Of a DNA stretch of 64,000 nt, positions 32,635 to 42,932 are shown in pieces (within the stretch, counting starts at the first letter, position 1; each line of letters begins with the position of its first letter). A program made the position numbers and the translations under genes. Under the pieces are notes generated by a model, which saw nothing but the letters and a program-made list of their open reading frames with translations, was not told where the DNA came from and did not search any database. This stretch comes from Desulfobacterales bacterium. Lineage in GTDB: Bacteria; Desulfobacterota; Desulfobacteria; Desulfobacterales; SpSt-501. The stretch lies in assembly GCA_025454255.1 (NCBI GenBank), contig JALOOU010000001.1, forward strand, positions 58,316 to 122,315. Reading direction: 5' to 3'.

Positions 32635-34131
32635 ATGACGGAAACCATTACCCCCGTGAAGGGCTGGAAAGAGGGCGTGGGCCGGGTCAAGATGATCATC
32701 GACGGCGAGGGGGCCGAGGCGGCTTCCGGCCGCTGGCTGGCGGTGGAAAACCCCGCCCACAAGGGCACCGATGCCGGCCAGGTCCCCCAAGGCGGGGCTG
32801 CCGAAGTCGATCGGGCGGTCGCAGCCGCGCTGGCGGCCTTCGCCTCCTGGAAGAAGGTGCCGGCCAGAGAACGCGGCAAGGCCCTTCTGAAAGTTGCCGA
32901 CGCCCTGGAAACAGAGAAGGAGGAGTTCGCACGGCTCTACTCCCTTGAAACCGGCAATGCCATCGCCACCCAGTCGCGCGGCGAGGTCATGCTGACCGCG
33001 GACATGATCCGCTACTTCGGCGGGGTGGCGAGCGAAATCAAAGGCGAGGTCATTCCGATGGGCGAGCAGCTCTTCAGCTACACCCGCCGCGAGCCCTTGG
33101 GGGTGGTGGGCGGCATCGTGCCCTGGAACGCGCCGCTCGCCTTGAGCGCGCTCAAGATCTCCATGGCGCTCACCTCCGGCAACACGCTGGTACTCAAACC
33201 CTCCGTGGAGGCCCCGCTCACCGCCGTCAAGCTGGTGGAGCTCTGCAACCGTTTCCTGCCCAAGGGGGTGCTCAACGTGGTCACCGGAAACGGGTCGGAG
33301 TGCGGCCAGGCGCTGATCGACCATCCGCGGGTGGCCAAGCTCTCCTTCACCGGCTCCACCGAGGTGGGGCGCAGCATCATGCGGGCCGCAGCCAACCGCA
33401 TCATACCCGTCTCTTTGGAGTTGGGCGGCAAGAGCCCCCAAATCGTCTTCCCGGACGCGAACGACGACGCCACCGTGGCCAACGTCATCAACGGCATGCG
33501 CTTCGTGCGCCAGGGCCAGTCCTGCACGGCCGGTTCGCGGTTGTTGCTCCATGCCTCGATCTTCGACGCGTTTATGGCGAAGCTGGTGGCCAAGCTCAAG
33601 GCCTTCAAGATCGGCGAGCCCCTGGACGAAGCGACCCAGGTGGGGGCCATCGTCAACGAAAAACAGTACCGCACCGTGGTGGGCTTCATTGCCGACGGCC
33701 TCAAGCAGCCCGGCGCGAAAATCCTCTGCGGCGGCCTGCCGCCTGCAACCCCGCCCTTCTCCGAGGGCTTTTTCGTGGAGCCGACCGTATTTGCCGGAGT
33801 CGATCCCGGCTGGCGCATCGCTCGCGAAGAGGTGTTCGGGCCCGTGCTCGTCGCCATCCCCTGGACGGACGAGGCCGAGGCCATTCGCATGGCCAACGAC
33901 AGCCACTACGGGCTGGCGGCCTTCATCTACACCCACGACATCGCCAAGGCCCTGCGGACGGCCCACGAAATCGAGTCCGGCTTCGTGCAGGTCAACCAGG
34001 GCGGCGGCATCCTACCCGGCCAGTCCTACGGCGGGTTCAAGACCAGCGGCATCGGCCGCGAGTGGTCGCTCGAGGGCATGCTGGATTCGTTCACCCAACG
34101 AAAAAGCGTTACCGTCAACCTGACCTATTGA
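32635..34131 (+). CDS. NAD(P)+-dependent aldehyde dehydrogenase
   Basis: ALDH motifs (GGIVPWNAPL, FTGSTEVGR, catalytic ELGGKSP and QGQSCTAGSR). RBS GAAGGAGG upstream. Confidence 0.9.
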   Translation: MTETITPVKGWKEGVGRVKMIIDGEGAEAASGRWLAVENPAHKGTDAGQVPQGGAAEVDRAVAAALAAFASWKKVPARERGKALLKVADALETEKEEFARLYSLETGNAIATQSRGEVMLTADMIRYFGGVASEIKGEVIPMGEQLFSYTRREPLGVVGGIVPWNAPLALSALKISMALTSGNTLVLKPSVEAPLTAVKLVELCNRFLPKGVLNVVTGNGSECGQALIDHPRVAKLSFTGSTEVGRSIMRAAANRIIPVSLELGGKSPQIVFPDANDDATVANVINGMRFVRQGQSCTAGSRLLLHASIFDAFMAKLVAKLKAFKIGEPLDEATQVGAIVNEKQYRTVVGFIADGLKQPGAKILCGGLPPATPPFSEGFFVEPTVFAGVDPGWRIAREEVFGPVLVAIPWTDEAEAIRMANDSHYGLAAFIYTHDIAKALRTAHEIESGFVQVNQGGGILPGQSYGGFKTSGIGREWSLEGMLDSFTQRKSVTVNLTY

Positions 34132-34154
34132 TTGCCAGAGAAAGGAATTTTCCC

Positions 34155-34652
34155 ATGAACGCAGACCCACGCTTTTTTGAAAACGTCGACCTCTCCGAGG
34201 TGATTCTCACCCGGTTCCACCCCGGAGACGATCTGTTCCCCACACTGGTCAAAACCGTCAGGGACCGGGGGTGGGAGCGGGCCGTGATCCTCTCGGGCAT
34301 CGGCAGCCTCGAGGAGGTCGTCTTCGTCGCCCCCAAGCCCGCCTTCAAGATACCGGTCCAGCCGGCGGAGAACTTGAACAAAATCGAAATGAAGGGGCCC
34401 TTCGAGCTGATGAGCGTCGAGGGCAACATCGTGCCCCTGGTGGGCGAATTCGGGGCCATGAAGCACGGCGACCCGGTGCTGCACGTGCACTGTCTCCTCT
34501 CGCACGGCACGGGCGAGCTGACCGGCGGCCACATGATTTCCGCCAAGGTGTTCACCACCACCGAAATCTTCATCGCGCACGTGAAAAATTCGAAGGTCAG
34601 GAAAAAGAAGAGCGAGGTCACCGGGCTGCTGGAGTTCCGCAACGATCTATAG
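34155..34652 (+). CDS. PPC (DUF296) domain protein
   Basis: About 165 aa with a PPC-like pattern (AVILSGIGSLEEVVF ... GPFELMSVEGNI ... LHVHCLLSHGTGELTGGHM). Confidence 0.6.
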   Translation: MNADPRFFENVDLSEVILTRFHPGDDLFPTLVKTVRDRGWERAVILSGIGSLEEVVFVAPKPAFKIPVQPAENLNKIEMKGPFELMSVEGNIVPLVGEFGAMKHGDPVLHVHCLLSHGTGELTGGHMISAKVFTTTEIFIAHVKNSKVRKKKSEVTGLLEFRNDL

Positions 34653-34710
34653 CCGCCCGCGGGTCCGCACCCACCCACCACCCAACCCATCATCACGACA
34701 GGAGGCAGGT

Positions 34711-35973
34711 ATGAAACGAAACGGACTGAAGTCGCTGGCCATGGCGATGCTGCTCATGGGAGTCCTCGCCGTTGCCGCTCCCGCAGGGGCTGCCGACACG
34801 GTGAAAATCGGCGTCATGTTTTCCACGACCGGCCCCGGGGCCGTCATCGGCGTGGGCCAGATGGAAGGGGCCAAAATGGCCATCGAGGAGGTCAACAAGG
34901 CCGGGGGGGTTTCCATCGGCGGCAAAAAGATGAAGCTCGAGGGCGTTTTCCGCGACGACGAGACCAACCCCCAGGTGGCGGTGGGCCGTTTCAAGGAGAT
35001 CGTGAAGGACCAGGGCGCCTCCGCGCTGGTCGGCGGGACCTTCGGCAACGTCTCGATGGCCCTCAATGAGGAGGCCAAGAAATCGGGCACTTTTTTCATG
35101 GCCACCAACGGCGTTCCGGAGGGTTTTTTTAAGAAGGACGTGAAGGCGCCCACTTCGCTATGCATCGTCGCCGCCTCCGAGTGGGCCGGCCGCGGCGCTG
35201 CCGCCTACATGGCCGACCAGATGAAAGCCAAACGCATCGCCTGCTTCATGCCCGACTACGCCATCGGCAAGGGGACGATGAAAGGATTCGAAGAGGTGAT
35301 CAAGGCCCGCCCGGGGGTCGAGTACACCGCGATCTGGCACCCGGTCCAGAGCCCGGACATGACCAGCTATCTCATCAAGGCCCTTGAGTTCAACCCCGGC
35401 GTCGTTTTTGTGGGCTCCTGGGGCGGGGACGCCGTCAACGCCCTGAAGCAGGCCCTGGAAACGGGGGTCGCCAAGAAGGCGCCCCTCTTTCATTTCTGGC
35501 TGATGAACGCCTTTGCCACCGGCATCCCGGCCAACGCCATGCAGGGGGTGAAAGGCCAGATGTTCTGGTACCACGACATGCGCGGGTTCAAGGACGCCGA
35601 GGTGGTCGCCGCTTCCGAGGAGTTCGTAAAAAAATGGATGGCGGGCCGCAGCGAACCGCCCGATCCCTACGCCATGAGCACCTATTACGGCGTCATGGAG
35701 ACCGTCCGCGCGATGGAGCTGTCCAAGTCGACGGACCCCGAAAAGATGGTCGCCGCCCTGATGGCCCACCCGGAGTGGAAGGGCGCAAAGGGGCCGGCCA
35801 AGTGGCGCCAGGACGGGGCCTGCATCTACAAGTACTCGACATGGATCGTGGAAGGCAAGGGGGAGGCCGAGCGCACGAGCGACCGCTACCCGGCCAAATT
35901 CGACTTCGCCAAGATTGTCGATGTCTATGCCGGCGACGCCTTCGTTCCGCCGCTGAGTGCGTTGGGGTACTAG
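34711..35973 (+). CDS. ABC transporter substrate-binding protein (Liv/branched-chain amino acid type, family I PBP)
   Basis: Signal peptide (AVAAPAGAADTVKIGVM), then a LivK-type pattern. 420 aa. Confidence 0.85.
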   Translation: MKRNGLKSLAMAMLLMGVLAVAAPAGAADTVKIGVMFSTTGPGAVIGVGQMEGAKMAIEEVNKAGGVSIGGKKMKLEGVFRDDETNPQVAVGRFKEIVKDQGASALVGGTFGNVSMALNEEAKKSGTFFMATNGVPEGFFKKDVKAPTSLCIVAASEWAGRGAAAYMADQMKAKRIACFMPDYAIGKGTMKGFEEVIKARPGVEYTAIWHPVQSPDMTSYLIKALEFNPGVVFVGSWGGDAVNALKQALETGVAKKAPLFHFWLMNAFATGIPANAMQGVKGQMFWYHDMRGFKDAEVVAASEEFVKKWMAGRSEPPDPYAMSTYYGVMETVRAMELSKSTDPEKMVAALMAHPEWKGAKGPAKWRQDGACIYKYSTWIVEGKGEAERTSDRYPAKFDFAKIVDVYAGDAFVPPLSALGY

Positions 35974-36056
35974 CAGCTCCTTCCGGGGATGCGTGCCGCC
36001 GGGCCCCTCGGGCGCCGGCGGCACGCGCACCCCGCTGCGCGCAGAGAGTCGGGCAC

Positions 36057-36821
36057 ATGACCGAGTTGATCGCCACCCACGGTCTAACCAAGCGCTTCAA
36101 CGGCCTTACCGCCGTCCATCAGGTCGATTTCCGGGTCAACGCCGGTCAGACCTCCGGAATCATCGGACCGAACGGCTCGGGCAAGACCACTCTCTTCAAC
36201 CTTCTCTCGGGATATTTCGCGCCGACGGAAGGCGCCATATCCTTTCAAGGCCGCGACATCACCCGCACGCAGCCTCATGCCCGGGTCGCCTTGGGGATCG
36301 GGCGAACCTTCCAGCTGGTTTCGGTGTTCACCTCCCTCACGGTGTGGGAAAACCTGGTCCTGGCCAATTTGCGCTTCCAGCCCGGCGAAACCTCGCTTGG
36401 CCGTTTTTTTTTCCGCACGGCGCGCCGCGCCCGGGTCCTCGCGGATTGCGCCCGGGCGCTCGAGTGGGTCGGGTTGGCCGACCAGGCGGGCGCGGGAGTG
36501 GATGAGCTCTCCTATGGCGACAAGCGCATGCTGGAGATCGGCATCGTCGCCTCTCTCAAACCCCGCCTGCTGCTCTTGGACGAGCCGCTTGCCGGCCTGA
36601 GCGACCATGAGATCAACCGCGTGGTGGAGATGATCGAGGGAATCCGCAAGCGGGTCACCGTGGTGATCATCGAGCACAAAATATCGAAAATCGTGGACGT
36701 GGTGGAGCGTCTGAGCGTGATGAACGAGGGCCGGCTGATCTGCGAGGGCACGCCGGAGGAGGTGCTCTGCAACCCCCAGGTCCGAGAGTGCTATTGGGGC
36801 AAGGAGGGCGAGGCGTGCTAG
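36057..36821 (+). CDS. ABC transporter ATP-binding protein (LivG-like)
   Basis: Walker A GPNGSGKTT, signature LSYGDKRMLEIG and Walker B LLLLDEPLAGL. Confidence 0.9.
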   Translation: MTELIATHGLTKRFNGLTAVHQVDFRVNAGQTSGIIGPNGSGKTTLFNLLSGYFAPTEGAISFQGRDITRTQPHARVALGIGRTFQLVSVFTSLTVWENLVLANLRFQPGETSLGRFFFRTARRARVLADCARALEWVGLADQAGAGVDELSYGDKRMLEIGIVASLKPRLLLLDEPLAGLSDHEINRVVEMIEGIRKRVTVVIIEHKISKIVDVVERLSVMNEGRLICEGTPEEVLCNPQVRECYWGKEGEAC

Positions 36822-37504
36822 AGATCAGCCAGTTGCACGTAGCCTATGGTCACGCCCACGTCATCCACGGAATCGACCTCGTGGTGAAACCCGGGGAGAT
36901 GGTCTTCATCGTCGGCCGCAACGGCGCCGGAAAGAGCACCCTGCTCAAAACCATCGCCGGCCTGATCAAACCGGCCAGCGGCGGGATTCGCTTCGAGGGC
37001 CGCTCGGTGGTCGGCGAAGCGCCCGAAAAACTGGCCCGCAGCGGCTTTCGCTTCGTGGCCCAGGACAAAAAGGTGTTCAGCAACCTATCGGTCCGCGCCA
37101 ACATCGCGCTCGCCGCCCACGGGTCCGGAACCCCCGTGGAGCAGGCCTGGTCCAAGGCGGTGCAGCTCTACCCGAAGCTGGATGAATTTCGCGAGCTTCC
37201 CGCCGGCCGGCTCTCCGGCGGCCAGCGGGAAATTCTGCTGATCGGCCGGGCGCTGACCGGCACCCCGCGGCTGCTGCTCATCGACGAGCCGACCGAGGGT
37301 CTCGCCGCCATCGTCATCGAGGACATTTTCAGGATTCTGAACGGCATGCGCCACACGCTCTCCTTCATCATCGTCGAACAGAACCTGTCGGTCGTAACCC
37401 GGTTGGCCGACCGGATCTACGTGATGAAGGAGGGTCAGATCATCCGCGAGATCACCCACCGGGGTGAACTCACCGACACCGCCCAATTGGAGGCTTATCT
37501 GTGA
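36815..37504 (+). CDS. ABC transporter ATP-binding protein (LivF-like)
   Basis: Start set at the GTG at 36815, after AAGGAGGG and overlapping the upstream stop. Walker A GRNGAGKST, signature LSGGQREILLIGRAL and Walker B LLLIDEPTEGL. Confidence 0.9.
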   Translation: MLEISQLHVAYGHAHVIHGIDLVVKPGEMVFIVGRNGAGKSTLLKTIAGLIKPASGGIRFEGRSVVGEAPEKLARSGFRFVAQDKKVFSNLSVRANIALAAHGSGTPVEQAWSKAVQLYPKLDEFRELPAGRLSGGQREILLIGRALTGTPRLLLIDEPTEGLAAIVIEDIFRILNGMRHTLSFIIVEQNLSVVTRLADRIYVMKEGQIIREITHRGELTDTAQLEAYL

Positions 37505-38523
37505 ATCCCTCCGATGGATCCAACTGCCGCGGCATCCGGCCCGCATCTCCGTGGGGACTGGGTGGGGAGCTCGCGCTCATCGCCGCCGCCCTGACGCTGT
37601 TGAGCCTCGTCATCAAAGTTCACTGGATGACGGACTTCATGATCTTCATCATTTTTGTGCTCAGCTTCGACCTGCTCTACGGCTACATGGGCCACCTCAG
37701 CTTCGGGCACATGCTTTACTTCGGAACCGGCGCCTATGGCACGGCGTTGTGGCTGGTCTACGGCGGAAAAGACCCGCTGGCCGCCTTGGCGGTGGGGTTG
37801 ATGGCCGCAGCGGGCCTGGCGGCGGTGCTGGGGATGATCGTCATGCGCACGCACGGGGCCTCTTTCGCCTTGATCAACATGGCGTTCAATGAAATCGGCC
37901 ATTTCATGGTCCAGTCGCCGCTGGCCGGCGTCACCCACGGCGAGGACGGTTTGAGCTGCTCGGCCGGCAAGCTTTTCGGCGTGATCAATTTCTACAAGGA
38001 CGAGTGGGCCTTCGCCGTCACGGCGGCCACCCTTCTGGCCGTGTTCGCTCTGCTGCGGGTGCTGACGGGCTCTCCTTACGGACTTTTGGTGCGCTCGATC
38101 AAGGAAAACGAGAAGCGGGTCAAATTCCTGGGCTTCAGCACCCTGCGCTATAAGTGGGCCACCTTCATCATCGCCTCCACGGTGGCCGCACTTGCCGGCG
38201 GGATGTTCACCCTGGTGCAGGGATTCGTCAGCCCGCGGGTGATCAGCCCCTTCGGCAACGTGGACGTTATTTTCGCGGTCCTGATCGGCGGGGCCGGAGG
38301 GCTCTACGGCGCGCTGATCGGCGGCATGGTGTTCATGTTGATCAAAAACTTTCTGCCCGTGATGATCCCGGAGCTGTCGAAGCTGCTGAACGTCAAGCTG
38401 CCTCAGTGGGAGATGTGGCTGGGGATCGTGCTGCTGATCATTGTCTTCTCGGTTCGGAAGGGCATCGTGGGTGCGATCCGCGCCCAGTGGCAGGCCCGGC
38501 GGCCTTCAGGGAGTCCGGCATGA
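37501..38523 (+). CDS. branched-chain amino acid-type ABC permease (LivM-like)
   Basis: Polytopic membrane protein with LivM-like motifs (LSFGHMLYFGTGAYG, GGAGGLYGALIGG). The GTG overlaps the upstream stop (GTGA). Confidence 0.85.
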   Translation: MNPSDGSNCRGIRPASPWGLGGELALIAAALTLLSLVIKVHWMTDFMIFIIFVLSFDLLYGYMGHLSFGHMLYFGTGAYGTALWLVYGGKDPLAALAVGLMAAAGLAAVLGMIVMRTHGASFALINMAFNEIGHFMVQSPLAGVTHGEDGLSCSAGKLFGVINFYKDEWAFAVTAATLLAVFALLRVLTGSPYGLLVRSIKENEKRVKFLGFSTLRYKWATFIIASTVAALAGGMFTLVQGFVSPRVISPFGNVDVIFAVLIGGAGGLYGALIGGMVFMLIKNFLPVMIPELSKLLNVKLPQWEMWLGIVLLIIVFSVRKGIVGAIRAQWQARRPSGSPA

Positions 38524-39356
38524 TCCAGACCATCGTCTACGGCTTCACCATCGGCGCCATCCTCTATTTTTTTTCGATCGGGCTGGCCCTGACCTTCGGC
38601 ACCATGCACATCATCAACTTCGCCCACGGCATGGTCTATGCCTTGGGGGTCTACCTGTTCATCAGCTTCTTGAAAGCTTTCGGCAACTCCTTCCTCGTTT
38701 CGCTGGTCGCGAGCGTAGTCTGCATGCTGCCGGTGGCCTACATCGTGGAGCGCTTCGTGATTCGCCGGCTCTACGGCGAGAGCCTCGACTATGCCATCAT
38801 CGCCACCTACGGGGTCCTTCTCATCGGCACCGACCTCATCAAACTGGTCTGGGGAACCACCCCCCATCCGGTGAACGACCCGATCGGCCTCTCCGTTCCG
38901 CTGGCCGGGCTGGACCTGCCGGTCTACCGCATTCTCATCGTCGTCAGCGCCGTGCTGCTGTTTCTGGCGCTGCGGCTCTTTTTCAAGCGGTCGATCATCG
39001 GCCAGATCGTCATCGCCTCCCTGGAGGACAGCGACGGGGTGCGCTGTCTGGGGCTCGACGTCAACCGCTATTTCAGCATCATCTTCGTGCTTGGAAGCGC
39101 CCTGGCCGTCCTGGGGGGCATCCTCTATGCGCCGATATCGACGGCGGAGCCCTACATGGGCTTCCACATCCTGCTCTTGGCCTTCGCCGTGGTGATCGTG
39201 GGCGGAATGGGCAACATCAACGGCACCTTCGCGGCCGCCATGGTGCTCGGCATGGTCATGGCCGTCACCGGACGCCTCTGGTCCCAGGCGGCCACCACCA
39301 TGGTGTTCATCGTCATGGCGCTGGTGCTCATCTTCAGACCGATGGAATCCGACTGA
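38520..39356 (+). CDS. branched-chain amino acid-type ABC permease (LivH-like)
   Basis: The ATG at 38520 overlaps the upstream stop. LivH-like N-terminus MIQTIVYGFTIGAILYFFSIGLALTFG and GGMGNINGTF. Confidence 0.85.
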   Translation: MIQTIVYGFTIGAILYFFSIGLALTFGTMHIINFAHGMVYALGVYLFISFLKAFGNSFLVSLVASVVCMLPVAYIVERFVIRRLYGESLDYAIIATYGVLLIGTDLIKLVWGTTPHPVNDPIGLSVPLAGLDLPVYRILIVVSAVLLFLALRLFFKRSIIGQIVIASLEDSDGVRCLGLDVNRYFSIIFVLGSALAVLGGILYAPISTAEPYMGFHILLLAFAVVIVGGMGNINGTFAAAMVLGMVMAVTGRLWSQAATTMVFIVMALVLIFRPMESD

Positions 39357-39366
39357 GGAAGACTCG

Positions 39367-39765
39367 ATGCTCAAAGGGATCGGCCACATCGCACTCACGG
39401 TGCGCAAAATCGAGGAGGTGGTGGCGGCGCTCTGCGGGGCGCTCGGAATTCCACTGCCGCCGATTCGAGACCTGCCGGAGCGCAAGGTGAAAGTGGCGCT
39501 GGTGGAGGTCGGCAACCTACAGCTCGAAATCCTGGAGGACACCTCCGCCGAGGGCTTCATCGCCCGCCACACCGCGGCGCACGGCAACGCCATCCACCAT
39601 TTCTGCCTTCTCAGCGACGACCTCGATGCAGACTTGGAGGGCCTGGAACGGAAGGGGGTCCCGCTGATGGACCGCCGGCCGCGGATGGGGGTGCGCGGCA
39701 AGCGCATCGCCTTCATCTCCCCTGATTTGCTGAACGGCATACCGATCGAGCTGTCGGAGCCTTAA
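39367..39765 (+). CDS. VOC-family protein, methylmalonyl-CoA epimerase-like
   Basis: 132 aa following the epimerase pattern (IGHIALTV ... VKVALVEVGNLQLEILE ... IHHFCLLSDDLD ... KRIAFISPDLLNGIPIELSE). Confidence 0.7.
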   Translation: MLKGIGHIALTVRKIEEVVAALCGALGIPLPPIRDLPERKVKVALVEVGNLQLEILEDTSAEGFIARHTAAHGNAIHHFCLLSDDLDADLEGLERKGVPLMDRRPRMGVRGKRIAFISPDLLNGIPIELSEP

Positions 39766-39790
39766 CCCGTAAAAACGGAGGAACGTGGAC

Positions 39791-41665
39791 ATGAAAGGGG
39801 TATGGAACAAGATCCTCAAGGTCGATCTCACCGCGAAGAAAGCGGCCACCGAGCACGTACCGGATGAGGTTTACGCCTATTTCCTCGGCGGCGAGGGTCT
39901 GGCCGCCTGGGTGCTGAACAAGGAGTGCCCGCGCGGCACCAGCGCCTTCGACCCGGCCAACCGGCTGACCTTGGCCGTCGGGCCGATGCAAGGCATCAAG
40001 CAAAGCGGCGCCGCCAAGTGGGCGGTCGGCGGGATCTCGCCGTCCATCAACATGAACGCCGGCTCGGCCATCACCCATGCCTTCGGCATCGAAATGAAGC
40101 AGGCCGGCTATGATGCGGTGGTGGTCCACGGGCGTGCGGAAAAGCCCGTTTACATCGTGATCGACGACGACAAGGTCCGTGTCAAGGATGCCGCGCGGCT
40201 GTGGGGCAAAGACTCCTACGACGCCCACGACCTCATCCAGGAGAAGGAAGGCGACGGGTTTGAGGTGGTCACCACCGGCCAGGCCGGGGAACGCCTGGTC
40301 CGGTACGCCAACATCCAGACCGCGCACAAATCCTTCGCCGGCCGCTGCGGGTTCGGAGCGGTCATGGGCTCCAAACTGCTGAAGGGCATCGCCGTGCGCG
40401 GCAGCCAGACCTGCCCGATCGCCGACCCCATGGCCAACGACGCGCTCAACAAGGCGATCAACAAGCGCCTGGCGGAGGTCAATGCCTCCAAGCCCGAGCT
40501 GTTCCGGATCTCCCACCTCGGCACGGCGATGGCGACCGCGCTTTTCGCGCCCCAAGGCAATCTGCCCGTCAAAAACTACCAACTGGCCTCGCACCCCGAG
40601 GGAGAGACCAATCTGGGGGGGCAGTCCTATGTCGAAAAATTGAACGCCAAGCCGTGGGCCTGCCGCTACTGCGTCATCAAGTGCCACAACAAGTGCGAGG
40701 TCAAAAACGGCCCGTATGCCTACAAGGGCAAGGGGCCGGAGTACGAGTCCTTCGCCATGATGGGCTTCAACCTCTTGATTGCGGACCAAGAGGCGGTGGC
40801 CTATGCCGGCGAGCTGGCCAACCGCTACTCGATGGACACGATCTCTTTGGGCGGCGTCCTAGCCTGGGCGATGGAATCTTATGAAAAGGGCGTACTCACC
40901 CAGGAGGACACCTACGGCATCGATCTCGCCTGGGGCAATGCGGCGGCCATGGTGGAGATGGTGAGAAAAATCGGCGAGCGGGCCCCGGGCCTGGGGTATC
41001 TCCTGGGAGAGGGCTGCAAGATCGCCTCCGAGCGCATCGGGCAGGGCTCCGAGCAGTGGGCCATCCAGATGAAGGGCCAGGAGATCGCCGCCCACAACTG
41101 GCGCGCCCAGTACATCTCCGCGCTGAACTACTGCACCGGCGTTGCTTCCGGCCCCAACCACGAGCGCGGCAACTCCCAGCACATCTGGGTCGGCCACATC
41201 CTGCTGCCGGAGTGGGGCATCGACCACGTGGAAAACGCCGAGCGCTGGTCCTGGGAGAAGGCGGCGGAGCGCAACGCCAAATTCCACGACTACTGCAACG
41301 TCATCAACTCGGCCGTGCACTGCAAGTTCCAGGAGTTCGCAAGCTACAACCTGACCGACCTGCTCGCCACCATCAACACCTGCACGGGCCTGAACTGGAG
41401 CCAGGAGGAGCTGCGCCGCTGCGGGGAGCGCATCACCAACCTGCAGAAGCTGCTCAACATCCGCTACGGCTGGAAAACGGCCGACGATTTCAACTACCCC
41501 AAACGGTTCATGGAACCCGTGAGCGAGGGGGTGGCGGCCGGCAAGATCCCGGCCGGGCTCGATGAGGCCATCGTCGACTATTACCGGCACCGGGGATGGG
41601 ACGACAAGGGCTACCCCACCGCGGCCAAGCTCAGGGAGCTCGGGCTGGAGAGCGTCCCGGGCTGA
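39791..41665 (+). CDS. tungsten-type aldehyde:ferredoxin oxidoreductase (AOR family)
   Basis: AOR N-terminal pattern (GVWNKILKVDLTAKKAATEHVPDEVYAYFLGGEGLAAWVL), Fe-S Cys residues (CRYCVIKC) and a length of about 624 aa. ATG at 39791, 9 nt after GGAGGA. Confidence 0.9.
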   Translation: MKGVWNKILKVDLTAKKAATEHVPDEVYAYFLGGEGLAAWVLNKECPRGTSAFDPANRLTLAVGPMQGIKQSGAAKWAVGGISPSINMNAGSAITHAFGIEMKQAGYDAVVVHGRAEKPVYIVIDDDKVRVKDAARLWGKDSYDAHDLIQEKEGDGFEVVTTGQAGERLVRYANIQTAHKSFAGRCGFGAVMGSKLLKGIAVRGSQTCPIADPMANDALNKAINKRLAEVNASKPELFRISHLGTAMATALFAPQGNLPVKNYQLASHPEGETNLGGQSYVEKLNAKPWACRYCVIKCHNKCEVKNGPYAYKGKGPEYESFAMMGFNLLIADQEAVAYAGELANRYSMDTISLGGVLAWAMESYEKGVLTQEDTYGIDLAWGNAAAMVEMVRKIGERAPGLGYLLGEGCKIASERIGQGSEQWAIQMKGQEIAAHNWRAQYISALNYCTGVASGPNHERGNSQHIWVGHILLPEWGIDHVENAERWSWEKAAERNAKFHDYCNVINSAVHCKFQEFASYNLTDLLATINTCTGLNWSQEELRRCGERITNLQKLLNIRYGWKTADDFNYPKRFMEPVSEGVAAGKIPAGLDEAIVDYYRHRGWDDKGYPTAAKLRELGLESVPG

Positions 41666-41755
41666 CATTCGCCCCCAGGCGTGGATGCAATTCAAGCGCC
41701 GGCTTGCAACGCCGCCCCAGACCCGGCCGGCGCATCGAGGCGAGGCGGTTTGGTC

Positions 41756-42001
41756 ATGAAAATCACCGTCAGCGGCAAACCCCAGGAGATCGCGCCGGGC
41801 ACTCGGCTGATCGCCCTGGTCAACCAATTGGAGGCGCGGGTCAAAAACGACCCGATGATCGTCAGCCTGATCCAGAAGACCGGCAGGAGCCACCTGCTCT
41901 ACATTCTCAACGGAACGGTCGTCAAAGCCGAAGACCACCCCACGATCGAGATGCAGGAAGGCGACGACCTGCGCTATGTTCACCCCTTCTTCGGCGGGTG
42001 A
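41756..42001 (+). CDS. MoaD/ThiS-family ubiquitin-like small protein ending in Gly-Gly
   Basis: 81 aa, MKITVSGKPQEI ... LNGTVVKAEDHPTIEMQEGDDLRYVHPFFGG. The size, beta-grasp-like pattern and terminal GG all fit. Confidence 0.7.
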   Translation: MKITVSGKPQEIAPGTRLIALVNQLEARVKNDPMIVSLIQKTGRSHLLYILNGTVVKAEDHPTIEMQEGDDLRYVHPFFGG

Positions 42002-42047
42002 ACCCTGACTGCGGATGCGAACGTCACCACCACAAGGAGAACTGCGA

Positions 42048-42896
42048 ATGGCCAAGAAGAAATTGATGATTCACGACTTTTACCGAATGAAAAAGGACGG
42101 GGAAAAGATCACCTTTCTCACCTCCTACGACTACCCCACGGCGCAGTTCGCCGAGGCCGCCGGCATGGACATGCTGCTCGTGGGCGACTCCCTGGGGATG
42201 TGCGTCTACGGCTACCCCGGCACGGTGCCGGTCACCATGGACCAGTGCATTTGCCATGCCGAGGCCGTGCGCCGCGGGGCGCCGAACACCTTCGTCGTGG
42301 GCGACATGCCCTTCATGTCCTATCAGAGCTCGATTGAAAAGGCCGTGGAAAATGCCGGCCGTTTCCTCAAGCAGGCCGGCTGCGACGCCATCAAGCTCGA
42401 GGGCGGGGTGCGGGTGGCGCCGCAAATCAGGGCGATCGTGGATGCGGGCATCATCGTCATGGGCCACATCGGGCTCACCCCGCAGAGCTCCGGGCAGCTG
42501 GGCGGCCACAAGGCCCAGGGCCGGACGGTTGAGTCGGCCCGGGCGGTCGTGGAGGATGCGCTCGCGGTGCAGTCGGCCGGCGCCCACATGATCCTGCTCG
42601 AGGCGATCCCGCCGGAGGTCGCCGGCTATATCCGCCGCAAGCTGGCCATCCCGGCGCTTTCCATCGGCGCGGGGCTGGACTGCGACGGGCAGCTTCTGAT
42701 CGTCTCGGACATGATCGGCCAGTTCCAGGCCTTCACCCCCAAGTTCGTCAAGAAATACTGCAACGTGGCCGAGGTGGTCACCAGCGCCATGAGGCAATAT
42801 GTGGCCGAGGTGCGAGGCGGAGCGTTCCCGGAGGATGAGCACTGCTATCACATGCTGCCCGGCGAGCTCGAAAAATTCCAGTCCGAATACAAATAG
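42048..42896 (+). CDS. panB: 3-methyl-2-oxobutanoate hydroxymethyltransferase (PanB) or close paralog
   Basis: PanB motifs (ITFLTSYDYPTA, LLVGDSLGMCVYGY, VVGDMPFMSY, AIKLEGG, MGHIGLTPQS). Confidence 0.8.
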   Translation: MAKKKLMIHDFYRMKKDGEKITFLTSYDYPTAQFAEAAGMDMLLVGDSLGMCVYGYPGTVPVTMDQCICHAEAVRRGAPNTFVVGDMPFMSYQSSIEKAVENAGRFLKQAGCDAIKLEGGVRVAPQIRAIVDAGIIVMGHIGLTPQSSGQLGGHKAQGRTVESARAVVEDALAVQSAGAHMILLEAIPPEVAGYIRRKLAIPALSIGAGLDCDGQLLIVSDMIGQFQAFTPKFVKKYCNVAEVVTSAMRQYVAEVRGGAFPEDEHCYHMLPGELEKFQSEYK

Positions 42897-42932
42897 CCGG
42901 GTGACGGTCCCCCACCCGAAAAGGAGATAGGC

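Noticed and set aside
31939-33966. 675-aa minus-strand ORF
   Set aside because: It is antisense to the aldehyde dehydrogenase gene and the 205-aa ORF. Its composition is low-complexity and Gly/Arg/His/Ala-rich, with no motifs.
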